32,000 bases of DNA from Candidatus Saccharimonadota bacterium (GCA_030849285.1 CP102982.1:30001-62000); one strand, 5' to 3'. Positions 18,735 through 28,573 are shown, counted from the stretch's first letter. Numbers and translations are program-made. Notes: generated by a model not told the origin, from the sequence alone.

Positions 18735-19958
18735 ATGATTTTATCTAAAAAAACTCGTATAATGTTTCCTATTAGCTTAGTATTATTTGAATTAATAGTT
18801 TATGTAACTAATGATATGATGCAACCAGCTATGTTAGAAGTTGTTAAATATTTTAATGTTAGTGTTGAATGGATACCTACATCTTTAACTGCATATTTAT
18901 CTGGAGGGATGTGTTTACAATGGTTATTCGGGCCTTTATCAGATAAATATGGTAGAAGACCAATTATGTTTTTTGGAGTATGTTTTTTTATTTTTAGTTG
19001 TTTATTAATAACAATTACTAATAATATTAAACAATTTATGTTTGTAAGATTTATGCAAGGTATGGGATTATGTTTTATAGGAACAATAGGATATACAACT
19101 ATTCAAGAAACATATAAAGAAAAACATTGTATTAAATTAATTGCATTAATGGCAAATATAGCCTTAGCTGCCCCACTTTTAGGACCATTAGGTGGTACAA
19201 TAATAATTAAAATTTTTCCATGGCAAAAAATGTTTATCGGTTTTTCTTTAATTGCTTGTTTATCATTATTAGGGTTGTTTTGTTTTATGCCAGAACCTAT
19301 AAAAAATAAAAATAATAATATTTCTTTTTTAAATTTATTTAAAAATTATAAATTTATATTAAAAGATTTAAAATTTTTATGTGGAGCTTTTTCAATAGGT
19401 TTTGCTAATGTCCCTTTAATATCTTGGATTGCTCTTTCGCCTATGATTATGGTAAGTAAATGTAAATTAACAATGATTTCATACGCTATTTTACAAATAC
19501 CTGTATTTTTAGGATTAATATTAGGGAATGTTACATTAGGATTTTTAAGTAAAAAAAATGATTTATATAATTTAATAACATTTGCAGGAAAACCTCTTGT
19601 AATTGGTTTAATATTAACTGTATTTTCAGTTTTTATGAAAACATATTCATCTTTATGGCTTACATTTAGTTTAGGAATTTACGCATTTGGATTAGGTATA
19701 GCTAACCCTTGTTTAACTAGAGTAACTTTATTTTCAAGTAAATTTAAAAAAGGTAGTGTATCCGCTGTAATGGGTATGATTACTATTATGATATTAATTT
19801 CAAATATTGAACTTGCAAAAACTATTTTTTTATGGAAAAATGTAATTGGATTTAATATTTTAAATATGTTAAATGGTTTTACTTGGTTATTTTTTATTAT
19901 TAATTTTTTTATTAGAAATAAAAAAATTTATAAATTGTTAAAAAATATTAAAATATAA
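18735..19958 (+). CDS. mdfA: MFS transporter of the MdfA/Cmr type (multidrug and cation/H+ antiporter family)
   Basis: 407 aa, collinear with E. coli MdfA. Shared blocks are LFELIVYVTNDMMQP (equivalents of membrane-embedded E26 and D34 kept), WIPTSLTAYLSGGMCLQWLFGPLSDKYGRRP, RFMQGMGLCFIG.IGY..IQE, CIKLIALMANIALAAPLLGPL and KGSVSAVMGM. An AAGGA SD precedes the ATG. Confidence 0.85.
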   Translation: MILSKKTRIMFPISLVLFELIVYVTNDMMQPAMLEVVKYFNVSVEWIPTSLTAYLSGGMCLQWLFGPLSDKYGRRPIMFFGVCFFIFSCLLITITNNIKQFMFVRFMQGMGLCFIGTIGYTTIQETYKEKHCIKLIALMANIALAAPLLGPLGGTIIIKIFPWQKMFIGFSLIACLSLLGLFCFMPEPIKNKNNNISFLNLFKNYKFILKDLKFLCGAFSIGFANVPLISWIALSPMIMVSKCKLTMISYAILQIPVFLGLILGNVTLGFLSKKNDLYNLITFAGKPLVIGLILTVFSVFMKTYSSLWLTFSLGIYAFGLGIANPCLTRVTLFSSKFKKGSVSAVMGMITIMILISNIELAKTIFLWKNVIGFNILNMLNGFTWLFFIINFFIRNKKIYKLLKNIKI

Positions 19959-19975
19959 AATAATATTTATTTTAA

Positions 19976-20034
19976 TATCTATTAGGTTTTATTATATATA
20001 TTATATTTATGTATATAATAAAACTTAATAGATA
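19976..20034. terminator. long stem-loop (26-bp stem including two G-U, 7-nt loop) between convergent mdfA and holA; candidate terminator
   Basis: 19976-20001 pairs with 20009-20034. The only two non-Watson-Crick positions (g19985/t20025, t19999/g20011) are G-U in the plus-sense (mdfA) RNA but C-A in the minus sense. AAUUUUAUAAAAUAAUAUUUUU follows on the plus strand. Confidence 0.5.
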
Positions 20035-20071
20035 ATTTTATAAAATAATATTTTTAAAAAAAAAAAAATTT

Positions 20072-21064
20072 TTATTTACATATTAATATTAATAAATTTT
20101 TAATTTCATTCCAAATTAAAATATTAATTTTATTATTAATTTTTATTAAATTATCAATTTTAACTAAAATTAAAAAAATATTGTTAAAATCATAATATGA
20201 TAATCTTTTTACAATTTTATTATATAATATAAATTTAAAATTAATTTTTTGTTTAATATTTAAATTTTTATATAAAATTTTATTATTATTATAAAATTTA
20301 ATTTTTATAATAATAATTAATTCATTTTGTAATATACTTAATAATAATATAGGTTTAATTTTTTTTTTACGTATTTTTTTTAAAATATTTAAAGAATTAT
20401 TAATATTACCAATAAGTAAATTTTCGATAAAATTAGAGAATGTAAAATAATATGTATTATAGATTATTTTTTTAATATTAGTAATATTAATATTATTATT
20501 TGGATATATTAATAATAATAAATCTAAAAATTGTGATAATTCAATAAAATTTTTATAAAAATAATTAAATATCAAATTAATAAAATTTAAATCAAAATTA
20601 AATTTCATTTTTATAATACATGAATTTAACCAATTATTAAAAATTTTTTTACTACAATTAATATTAATTATAGAATTATAAATATTATTATTAATTAAAA
20701 AATTTTTCAATAATTTTGTTATATATAAACCAATTAAAACTATTATAATTTTTTGATAAAATTTTTTAAATATTTTAAATATATATTTAAATATTTTATA
20801 ATTTATATTATTATTATCAAATTCTAAAAATAATATTTTTTTATCCATAAAAAGATTACTTTTTTTACATAATAAAATTATTTTATTCCAATTTATATTA
20901 TTATTTTTAATATTAATATTTATATAATCATTATTATTAAAAATTTTTTTAATTATTTTTTTATTTTCATTAATTAAAAAAATATCATTACCATTAAATA
21001 AAAAAATTTTTAATTTATCTTTATTAAATTCTTTAATAATTTTTTTAATATTTAAAAAAAACAT
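20072..21064 (-). CDS. holA: DNA polymerase III delta subunit (highly diverged)
   Basis: 330 aa, located directly downstream of leuS as in E. coli. Recognisable islands versus E. coli HolA are FLFNGNDIFLINE (YLLLGNDPLLLQE), INWNKIILLCKKSNLFMDKKILFL (TDWNAIFSLCQAMSLFASRQTLLL), FTFSNFIENLLIGNINNSLNILKKIRKKKIKPILLLSILQNEL and IWNEIKNLLILICK. Confidence 0.75.
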   Translation of the reverse strand: MFFLNIKKIIKEFNKDKLKIFLFNGNDIFLINENKKIIKKIFNNNDYININIKNNNINWNKIILLCKKSNLFMDKKILFLEFDNNNINYKIFKYIFKIFKKFYQKIIIVLIGLYITKLLKNFLINNNIYNSIININCSKKIFNNWLNSCIIKMKFNFDLNFINLIFNYFYKNFIELSQFLDLLLLIYPNNNINITNIKKIIYNTYYFTFSNFIENLLIGNINNSLNILKKIRKKKIKPILLLSILQNELIIIIKIKFYNNNKILYKNLNIKQKINFKFILYNKIVKRLSYYDFNNIFLILVKIDNLIKINNKINILIWNEIKNLLILICK

Positions 21065-21108
21065 ATTTATTTTAAGAAATTAAAAATAATTACAATAATT
21101 GTAGTAAT

Positions 21109-23649
21109 TTATTTATTATTTTTTAAAATTATATTAAATATTTTTTTTTTAATATATATTATTTTATAAATTTTATTTAAAATATTTTTTTTAAATATAA
21201 ATTTTTTTTTAATAATATTTAATATAAATTCTTTACTATAATTAGAATTAATTTTTAATTTATTAAAAAATTTACTATTTATTTGAATTATTATTTTTAA
21301 TTTTTTATTTAAAATTTTTTTATTAAAAACAGGCCAAGAAATAAAATCAATATTAATTTTTTCACCCAATAATTTCCAAATTTTAAAACAAATATGAGGA
21401 ATAAAGGGGTAAAGTAAACGAATTAAAACTAATAAACATTCATGTAAAATAAATTTATTATTATTTATTATATTTAAATTATTTAATTTATTTATAAATT
21501 TTACTATTCTAGAAATAATAGTATTAAGAGATTGACGATATTTAATATCATAATTTATTTCATAAATTAATTTATGTAAAAAAAAAATTATTTTTTTTTG
21601 ATTAAAAGTTAAAATTTTAATTTTTAAAGGTTTAATTTTTTTTTTTTTTATATGGTTAAAAACTATTTTCCAGAAACGTTTTAAAAATTTATGTATCCCA
21701 ATTAATTGCGATTCTTTCCATTCTAATTCTGATTCTATTGGTGAAGCGGATATAATAAAAAGACGTACAGTATCTGAACCATATTTTTTGATTATTTTAA
21801 TAGGATTAATTCCATTATTTTTAGATTTAGACATTTTAATCATACCTGCGTATTTTATTTTTTTTCCATTTTTATTTTTTAATTTTATAATTTTATTTTT
21901 AATATCAAATTCTATATTAATTTGATTTTTATAAATCCAAATTTTTTCTTTTTTTTTATTTAAATAATAAAAAGCATGTGACAAAACCATACCTTGACAA
22001 ATTAATTTTTTAACTGGTTCATTATAATTAATTAACCCAAAATCTCTAAATATTTTATGAAAAAATCTAAAATATAATAAATGCATAATAGCATGCTCTA
22101 TACCACCTATATATTGATCAACAGGTAACCAATAATTTGCTGATTTTAATTTTATAATATTTTTATTATATTTGGGACATGTATATCTTAAATAATACCA
22201 TGATGATTCTATAAATGTATCAAGAGTATCAGTTTCAAGTTTAGCATATTTATTATTAATTAAAATTTTAAAATATTTTAAATTATTTTTATTAAAATTT
22301 ATATTATTATTAAAAATATTTTCAGGTAAAATAATTGGTAATTGTTTTTCTGGAATTGTAATAATATTATTATTATTTATAATAGTAGCTATTGGTATAG
22401 GTGTTCCCCAATAACGTTGACGTGAAATATTCCAATCTAATAATTTATAAAATATTTTTTTTTTAATAAGATTAAATTTTATAAGTTTATTTAAAATAAT
22501 TTTTTTTTTTTTTTTAATATTTAATAAATTAAATTTATATGAATTCAAAAATAAATTATTTATAATATTAAATTTTAAATTATATATATTTAAAATTATT
22601 GGAATATTATATTTTTTAGAAAAAAAAAAATTATATTTATTATATTTCGGAATTGCTATATTTAATTTATTTATATTATCAGATAAAGTATAATTAACAA
22701 TCCATATTGGTATTTTTATTTTTGTAATTGGATGTATAACAAATAAATTAGAAAATATGCTTTTTTTTTTAAAATTACCCGAGTTTTTTTTAAAATATTT
22801 TAAAATAAATTTATTAATTTTAATATTCTTTTTTGATTCTTTTAATGAAATTGGGTTATTTATAGAAATTATAACATGTGAAATATACATTAAAAAAATT
22901 AATTTATTTAAATATATAACAATTTTTTTATTACTATTTAAAATATTAAAAGAAACTAAAATAATTTTAACCCTACCTATCCAATTTTTTTGCATATTTA
23001 TAACTTTAATTGGCCAATATTTTAAATATTTTAAATCATTTAATAATTGTTTAGCATAAATATTAATTTTTAAAAACCATTGATATAGTTTTTTTTTTTT
23101 TATTTTATTATCACATCTCCAACAATTATTATTTATTACTTGTTCATTAGCAAGTACTGTTTTATCATATTCACACCAATTTACTAATGATTTTTTTTTA
23201 TAAATTAATTTTTTTTTATACAATTTTATAAAAAACCATTGTTCCCACTTATAATATTCTGGTTTACATGTTATTATTTCTCTATCCCAATCATAAGAAA
23301 AACCTAAATATTTTAATTGTTTTTTCATTATTTTAATATTTTTATAAGTCCAAATTAATGGTGAAGTATTATGCTTAATTGCTGATGTTTCAGCTGGTAA
23401 TCCAAAAGCATCCCAACCCATTGGATGAATAACATTTTTACCATTCATTCTTTGAAATCTAGAAATAATATCACCTATAGTATAATTTCTAACATGACCC
23501 ATATGTAAATTACCAGAAGGGTATGGAATCATACACAAAATATAATATTTTTTAATATTAACATTTTTAATAGATTTAAAGGTTTTTTTAATATTCCAAT
23601 ATTTTTGGACATTTTTTTCTATATTTTTAAATAGATAATATTTATTCAT
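21109..23649 (-). CDS. leuS: leucyl-tRNA synthetase
   Basis: 846 aa with PYPSGNLHMGHVRNY (HIGH), GWDAFGLPAE, an editing-domain region and KMSKSKNNG (KMSKS). Confidence 0.97.
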   Translation of the reverse strand: MNKYYLFKNIEKNVQKYWNIKKTFKSIKNVNIKKYYILCMIPYPSGNLHMGHVRNYTIGDIISRFQRMNGKNVIHPMGWDAFGLPAETSAIKHNTSPLIWTYKNIKIMKKQLKYLGFSYDWDREIITCKPEYYKWEQWFFIKLYKKKLIYKKKSLVNWCEYDKTVLANEQVINNNCWRCDNKIKKKKLYQWFLKINIYAKQLLNDLKYLKYWPIKVINMQKNWIGRVKIILVSFNILNSNKKIVIYLNKLIFLMYISHVIISINNPISLKESKKNIKINKFILKYFKKNSGNFKKKSIFSNLFVIHPITKIKIPIWIVNYTLSDNINKLNIAIPKYNKYNFFFSKKYNIPIILNIYNLKFNIINNLFLNSYKFNLLNIKKKKKIILNKLIKFNLIKKKIFYKLLDWNISRQRYWGTPIPIATIINNNNIITIPEKQLPIILPENIFNNNINFNKNNLKYFKILINNKYAKLETDTLDTFIESSWYYLRYTCPKYNKNIIKLKSANYWLPVDQYIGGIEHAIMHLLYFRFFHKIFRDFGLINYNEPVKKLICQGMVLSHAFYYLNKKKEKIWIYKNQINIEFDIKNKIIKLKNKNGKKIKYAGMIKMSKSKNNGINPIKIIKKYGSDTVRLFIISASPIESELEWKESQLIGIHKFLKRFWKIVFNHIKKKKIKPLKIKILTFNQKKIIFFLHKLIYEINYDIKYRQSLNTIISRIVKFINKLNNLNIINNNKFILHECLLVLIRLLYPFIPHICFKIWKLLGEKINIDFISWPVFNKKILNKKLKIIIQINSKFFNKLKINSNYSKEFILNIIKKKFIFKKNILNKIYKIIYIKKKIFNIILKNNK

Positions 23650-23769
23650 ATAATAAAAACCTTTAAATAAAATATTCTATTAAATATTTTTATTAATTTA
23701 TTAATATTAATTATATTAATTTTTATATTTAAAAAATATATATATTTTATAATAAAATATTAAAAAATT

Positions 23770-24957
23770 TTAAATAATAAAATTACATATATCTGATAAT
23801 ATAAAATCAATTTTTTTAATAAAACGAGCTCCGTCAGAACCGTCAATTACTCTATGATCAAAAGAAAGTGATATAGGTAATATTAATTTAGGTATAAATT
23901 TAATTCCATTCCATATAGGTTCTATAGAAAATTTTGAAATTCCTAATATTGAAACTTCAGGAAAATTAATAATAGGTGTGAAATTTTTAGTTCCTATATG
24001 TCCTAAACTAGAAATTGTAAAACTACCATTATTAATATCATTTTTATTTAATAAACCATCACGTGCTTTTTTTGAAATTTTATTTAATAATTTTGAAATT
24101 TCTAAAATATTTTTATTATTAACATTTTTAATAACAGGGACTAATAAACCCTTTTTTGTTTCAACAGCAATACCTATATTAATATTATTTGAAATATTTA
24201 AAAATTTTCCATCCTTAGATAATGAACTATTAAATTTAGGCATTTCATTTAAAGTTATTGAAACCGCTTTAATAATAAAAACTAATGGGGTAAATTTTAC
24301 ATTTTTTTTAAAATAAATTTTATTTTGTTTTTTTCTAAAAATTTCTAAATTAGTAATATCAATTTTATCAAAAATTGTAACATGAGGTATTGTAGTCCAA
24401 TTTTTAAGTAAATTTTTACCTGATATTATTTGTAAATTACTTATTTTAATTTTTTTAATATTTTCATTATTAAAATTTATATTAGAATTAGTTAAATTAT
24501 TATTTTTATTGAATTTATTAATATCTTTTTTTTCTATAAATGATTGAATATCTTCTTTAACAATTCTACCTTTTAAACCTGAACCCTTTATTTTTTTTAA
24601 ATCAACATTAAATTTTCTAGATAAACTTCTAATTAATGGGCTAGCATATATTTCATCAATATTATTATTTTTTATATCATTTTCTTTTTCTATTGAATTA
24701 AAAGAATTTTTATTTAAAATATTTTCTATTTTATTTATAATAATAATTAAAGAATTTGTTTTAACTTTATCACCAATATTTACTTTTATTTCTTTAATAA
24801 TTCCAGAATTAGGAGAAGGAATTTCAAGAGAAGTTTTATCACCTTCAATTGTAATAAGAGTTTGATTTTTTTTAACTATATCTCCAACTTTAATAAAAAT
24901 TTCCGTAACTTCCATTTCATCTACACCAATATCTGGAATTTTTATTTCAAATATCAT
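23770..24957 (-). CDS. aceF: pyruvate dehydrogenase E2 (dihydrolipoamide acetyltransferase) with a single lipoyl domain
   Basis: 395 aa. It has one lipoyl domain (ITIEGDKTSLEIPSP), an E3/E1-binding domain (ASPLIRSLSRKFNVDLKKIKGSGLKGRIVKEDI) and a catalytic domain with SLSFDHRVIDG. It lies immediately downstream of aceE. Confidence 0.93.
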   Translation of the reverse strand: MIFEIKIPDIGVDEMEVTEIFIKVGDIVKKNQTLITIEGDKTSLEIPSPNSGIIKEIKVNIGDKVKTNSLIIIINKIENILNKNSFNSIEKENDIKNNNIDEIYASPLIRSLSRKFNVDLKKIKGSGLKGRIVKEDIQSFIEKKDINKFNKNNNLTNSNINFNNENIKKIKISNLQIISGKNLLKNWTTIPHVTIFDKIDITNLEIFRKKQNKIYFKKNVKFTPLVFIIKAVSITLNEMPKFNSSLSKDGKFLNISNNINIGIAVETKKGLLVPVIKNVNNKNILEISKLLNKISKKARDGLLNKNDINNGSFTISSLGHIGTKNFTPIINFPEVSILGISKFSIEPIWNGIKFIPKLILPISLSFDHRVIDGSDGARFIKKIDFILSDICNFII

Positions 24958-24970
24958 TAATATTATTCCT

Positions 24971-27628
24971 TTATATTATTCTAGAATTTTTTTTTTCAAT
25001 ATTAATATTAAATTTTAAAAAAGCATTATTTAATGTGAATTTATTAATTTTATCGTTTTTGTATAATAAATTTAAAGAAGCAATTACTATATAAAATGAA
25101 TCAATTTCAAAATAATAACGTAAATTAACTCGACTATCAGATCTACCAAAACCATCAGTACCTAAAGCAATATAATAATTGTTAGGTAAAAATTTAGATA
25201 TTTGTTCAGAAAATAATTTTATATAATCAGAAGAAGCAATTGTTGGTAAATTATTTAAAATTTTTTGAATATATGGAATTTTAGGTATTTTATTAGGATG
25301 TAACATATTCCAACGTTCACAATCTTGACCATCTCTAGTTAATTCTGTAAAAGATGTAACACTAAAAATATCACAAGATATATTATATTCACTTAATAAT
25401 ATATATGCAGCTCTTCTAACATTTCTTAAAATAGCACCTGAACCTAAAAGTTGAATTTTATTATTACCCCCATTTAAACTTTCTAATTTATAAATACCTT
25501 TTAAAATTCCTATTTTAATATTTCTAGAAATTTTTGGCATATTATAATTTTCATTAGTTACAGTAATATAATAATAAATATTTTCTTTATTTTTACCATA
25601 CATACGTTTAATACCATTTTGAATAATTATAGATATTTCATATGCATAAGTAGGATCATATGAAATACAATTAGGAATTGTTAATGAATAAATATGACTA
25701 TGCCCATCTTCATGTTGTAAACCCTCACCATTTAAAGTGGTTCTACCTGAAGTTGCTCCAATTAAAAAACCCTTAGCTTGTTGATCACTAGCAGCCCATA
25801 ATAAATCTCCAATACGTTGAAATCCAAACATAGAATAAAAAATATAAAATGGAATCATTTGTAAATTATTAACACTATAAGAAGTAGCTGCTGCTAACCA
25901 TGAAGAAATGGCTCCAGATTCATTAATACCCTCTTGTAATATTTGACCATTTTTATCTTCTTTATAATATGAAAATTTATTTATATCTTGAGGTATATAT
26001 TTTTGACCATTAGAATTATAAATACCAATTTGACGAAATAAATTTTCCATTCCGAATGTTCTAGCTTCATCTGCAATAATAGGAACTAAATATTTTTTAA
26101 TTGATATATTTTTTAATAATAATATTAAAATTTTAATAAAAACTGTTGTTGTTGATATTTTTTTTTTTTGTTTTTTTAATAAACTTTTAAAAAATTTAAT
26201 ATTAGGAATATTAATTTTGTTTTTAATATAAGTATTTCTATTTGGAATAAATCCATTTAATAATTTACGGCATTTTTGAATATAATTATATTCTATACTA
26301 TTTTTTTTAAAACTAATATATTCTAAATTTTCAATTTTTTTAACTGAAATATTTAATTTTAAATTTTTTTTAAAAATATATAATTCTTTAATACTCATAT
26401 TTTTAACTTGATGAGCTATATTTTGACTTTCAAAATTTTTACCCATTCCATATCCTTTAATAGTATGTACTAAAATAACTGTCGGTTTATTACTTTTATA
26501 TGCTTCTTTAAGAACAGCAAAAATTTTAATAAAATCATGACCACCTCTATTTAATTGTAAAATTTCTTTATCACTTAAATTTTCAACTAATTTATAAGTT
26601 TCTTTATAGCGTCCAAAAAATTTTTTTCGTATATAATTACCATCTTTTGTTAAAAAATTTTGGTAGTCACCATCATTAGTTTCATTTAATAATTTTATTA
26701 ATTTACCAGTTTTATCCTTTTTAAATAATTTATCCCAATTACTACCCCAAATTAATTTTAAAACTTTCCAATCAGCTCCTACAAAAATTTTTTCTAATTC
26801 ATTTATAATTTTACCGTTACCATTAATTGGACCATCTAAACGCTGTAAATTACAATTTATAATAAATATTAAATTATTTAATTTTTCTCTTGTAGCAATT
26901 GTTATAGCTCCTTTAGATTCAGGTTCATCCATTTCGCCATCACCAAGAAAAACATAAACTTTTTGTTTTGAAGTATCTTTTAAAGATCTATTTTTAAGAT
27001 ATTTTAAAAATTTAGCTTGATAAATACCATTTATAGCACTTAAACCCATTGATACAGTTGGAAATTGCCAAAAGTTAGGCATTAATTTAGGATGAGGATA
27101 TGAACATAACCCTTTTTCAAAAATTTCTTGTCTAAAATTATTTAAATGATTTTTACTTAATCTACCTTCTAAAAAAGCACGTGAATAAATTCCAGGTGAA
27201 GTATGGCCTTGAAAAAAAATTATATCACCTTCATCTGTTTTATTTGAAGCTTTAAAAAAATGATTAAAACAAACTTCATAAAACATAGCTATTGATTGAA
27301 AAGAAGCCATATGACCACCTAAATCTAATTTTTTATTTGATGCTCTCATTACTGTAATTATTGCATTCCAACGAATTGCAGAACAAATATTATTTTCAAT
27401 ATTTAAATTACCAGGATATTTAGGTTCATTTGTATAGTTTATAGTATTAATATAATTAAATTCAAAAATTTTTTTAAAATTAATATTAACTTTATATATG
27501 TTATTTATAATTTTATTAATTAAAAAATTTAAACGTTTATAACCATTTTTATTAATTATTGAATTAGCAGATTGTAACCATTCATTTGTTTCCAATATAT
27601 CTATATCATTTTCTTTAATTTTAAACAT
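24971..27628 (-). CDS. aceE: pyruvate dehydrogenase E1 component
   Basis: 885 aa, collinear with E. coli AceE. Shared blocks are GGHMASFQS, FFQGHTSPGIYSRAFLEGRL, the ThDP-binding GDGEMDEPES...NLQRLDGP and TLNGEGLQHEDGHS. Confidence 0.97.
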   Translation of the reverse strand: MFKIKENDIDILETNEWLQSANSIINKNGYKRLNFLINKIINNIYKVNINFKKIFEFNYINTINYTNEPKYPGNLNIENNICSAIRWNAIITVMRASNKKLDLGGHMASFQSIAMFYEVCFNHFFKASNKTDEGDIIFFQGHTSPGIYSRAFLEGRLSKNHLNNFRQEIFEKGLCSYPHPKLMPNFWQFPTVSMGLSAINGIYQAKFLKYLKNRSLKDTSKQKVYVFLGDGEMDEPESKGAITIATREKLNNLIFIINCNLQRLDGPINGNGKIINELEKIFVGADWKVLKLIWGSNWDKLFKKDKTGKLIKLLNETNDGDYQNFLTKDGNYIRKKFFGRYKETYKLVENLSDKEILQLNRGGHDFIKIFAVLKEAYKSNKPTVILVHTIKGYGMGKNFESQNIAHQVKNMSIKELYIFKKNLKLNISVKKIENLEYISFKKNSIEYNYIQKCRKLLNGFIPNRNTYIKNKINIPNIKFFKSLLKKQKKKISTTTVFIKILILLLKNISIKKYLVPIIADEARTFGMENLFRQIGIYNSNGQKYIPQDINKFSYYKEDKNGQILQEGINESGAISSWLAAATSYSVNNLQMIPFYIFYSMFGFQRIGDLLWAASDQQAKGFLIGATSGRTTLNGEGLQHEDGHSHIYSLTIPNCISYDPTYAYEISIIIQNGIKRMYGKNKENIYYYITVTNENYNMPKISRNIKIGILKGIYKLESLNGGNNKIQLLGSGAILRNVRRAAYILLSEYNISCDIFSVTSFTELTRDGQDCERWNMLHPNKIPKIPYIQKILNNLPTIASSDYIKLFSEQISKFLPNNYYIALGTDGFGRSDSRVNLRYYFEIDSFYIVIASLNLLYKNDKINKFTLNNAFLKFNINIEKKNSRII

Positions 27629-27773
27629 TAATAAACCTTTAATAAGTATAAATAATTATTGTAATTATTAATATTATGTAAATTATAAAATATAAATATA
27701 TCGTATTAATTTATAATATAAATTATAACATAATAATTGACATTTTATATAAATTAATTATATTTAATATTAT

Positions 27774-27846
27774 ACTCGAATAGCTCAGTTGGCAGAGCAG
27801 AAGATTGAAGATCTTCGTGTCCTTGGTTCGATTCCAAGTTCGGGTA
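27774..27846 (+). tRNA. tRNA-Phe (anticodon GAA)
   Basis: ACTCGAA-TA-GCTC-AGTTGGCA-GAGC-A-GAAGA-TTGAAGA-TCTTC-GTGTC-CTTGG-TTCGATT-CCAAG-TTCGGGT-A. It is close to E. coli tRNA-Phe. CCA is not encoded. Confidence 0.92.
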
Positions 27847-27880
27847 AATTTAATAAATTTAATAAATTTAATAAATTTAA
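27845..27880. repeat. perfect tandem repeat (TAAATTTAA) x 4
   Basis: There are four exact 9-nt units from 27845 to 27880. The first unit overlaps the last two nt of tRNA-Phe, and the last contains the bioD stop codon (27877-27879, minus strand). Confidence 0.9.
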
Positions 27881-28551
27881 AAATAAGTAAAATTTATATA
27901 TTTCCACAATTCATTTTTATTATTTTTAGTTAAATAAGGAATTTCACCTAAAAAATCTACACATATATTATTTTTAAGTGTATTAATATATTCATTATGC
28001 CAAATAGTTTTAATATTAATATTATTAGCAATCCAACCCTTTAAAATTAATCCAGTTTTTTTAATAGCTTCAATTGTTAATAAAGAATGATTTATACAAC
28101 CTAATTTTATACCTACAACTAAAATAATTTCTATATTTTCTTTTAAAACCCAATCAGAAAATTTTTTATTTTCAGAAATAGGTGTAAACCATCCACCTGC
28201 TCCTTCAATAATAATCCAATTTGTTTTTTTTTCTATATATCTTAAATTTGAAGAAATTTTATAAAATGAAATAGGTTTATTAATTTTCTTACTAATTATA
28301 TTAGGTGAAGTATTATTTAAAAAATTATACGGATTTATTATATTATATTTTAATTTTACACTACTATTTTTTTTTAATAATAAAGCATCATTATTACATA
28401 AACCATATTTAGTAAATTCACTACCAGATGAAATAGGTTTATAACCTATACTTTTAAAACCCATTTTATTTGCAATTTGCAATAACGCAATACTAGAAAA
28501 AGTTTTTCCAACTTTAGTATCAGTACCAGTAATAAAAAAACGTTTTATCAA
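27877..28551 (-). CDS. bioD: dethiobiotin synthetase
   Basis: 224 aa with the P-loop FITGTDTKVGKT (E. coli FVTGTDTEVGKT), YKPISSG and IIEGAGGW. It starts 22 nt after the bioB stop. Confidence 0.93.
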   Translation of the reverse strand: MIKRFFITGTDTKVGKTFSSIALLQIANKMGFKSIGYKPISSGSEFTKYGLCNNDALLLKKNSSVKLKYNIINPYNFLNNTSPNIISKKINKPISFYKISSNLRYIEKKTNWIIIEGAGGWFTPISENKKFSDWVLKENIEIILVVGIKLGCINHSLLTIEAIKKTGLILKGWIANNINIKTIWHNEYINTLKNNICVDFLGEIPYLTKNNKNELWKYINFTYF

Positions 28552-28573
28552 AAAATCTCCAATAAAAATTATT

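Noticed and set aside
22757-23059. 100-aa ORF antisense to leuS
   Set aside because: It is a shadow ORF with low-complexity sequence.
23978-24316. 112-aa ORF antisense to aceF
   Set aside because: It is a shadow ORF inside the aceF catalytic domain.
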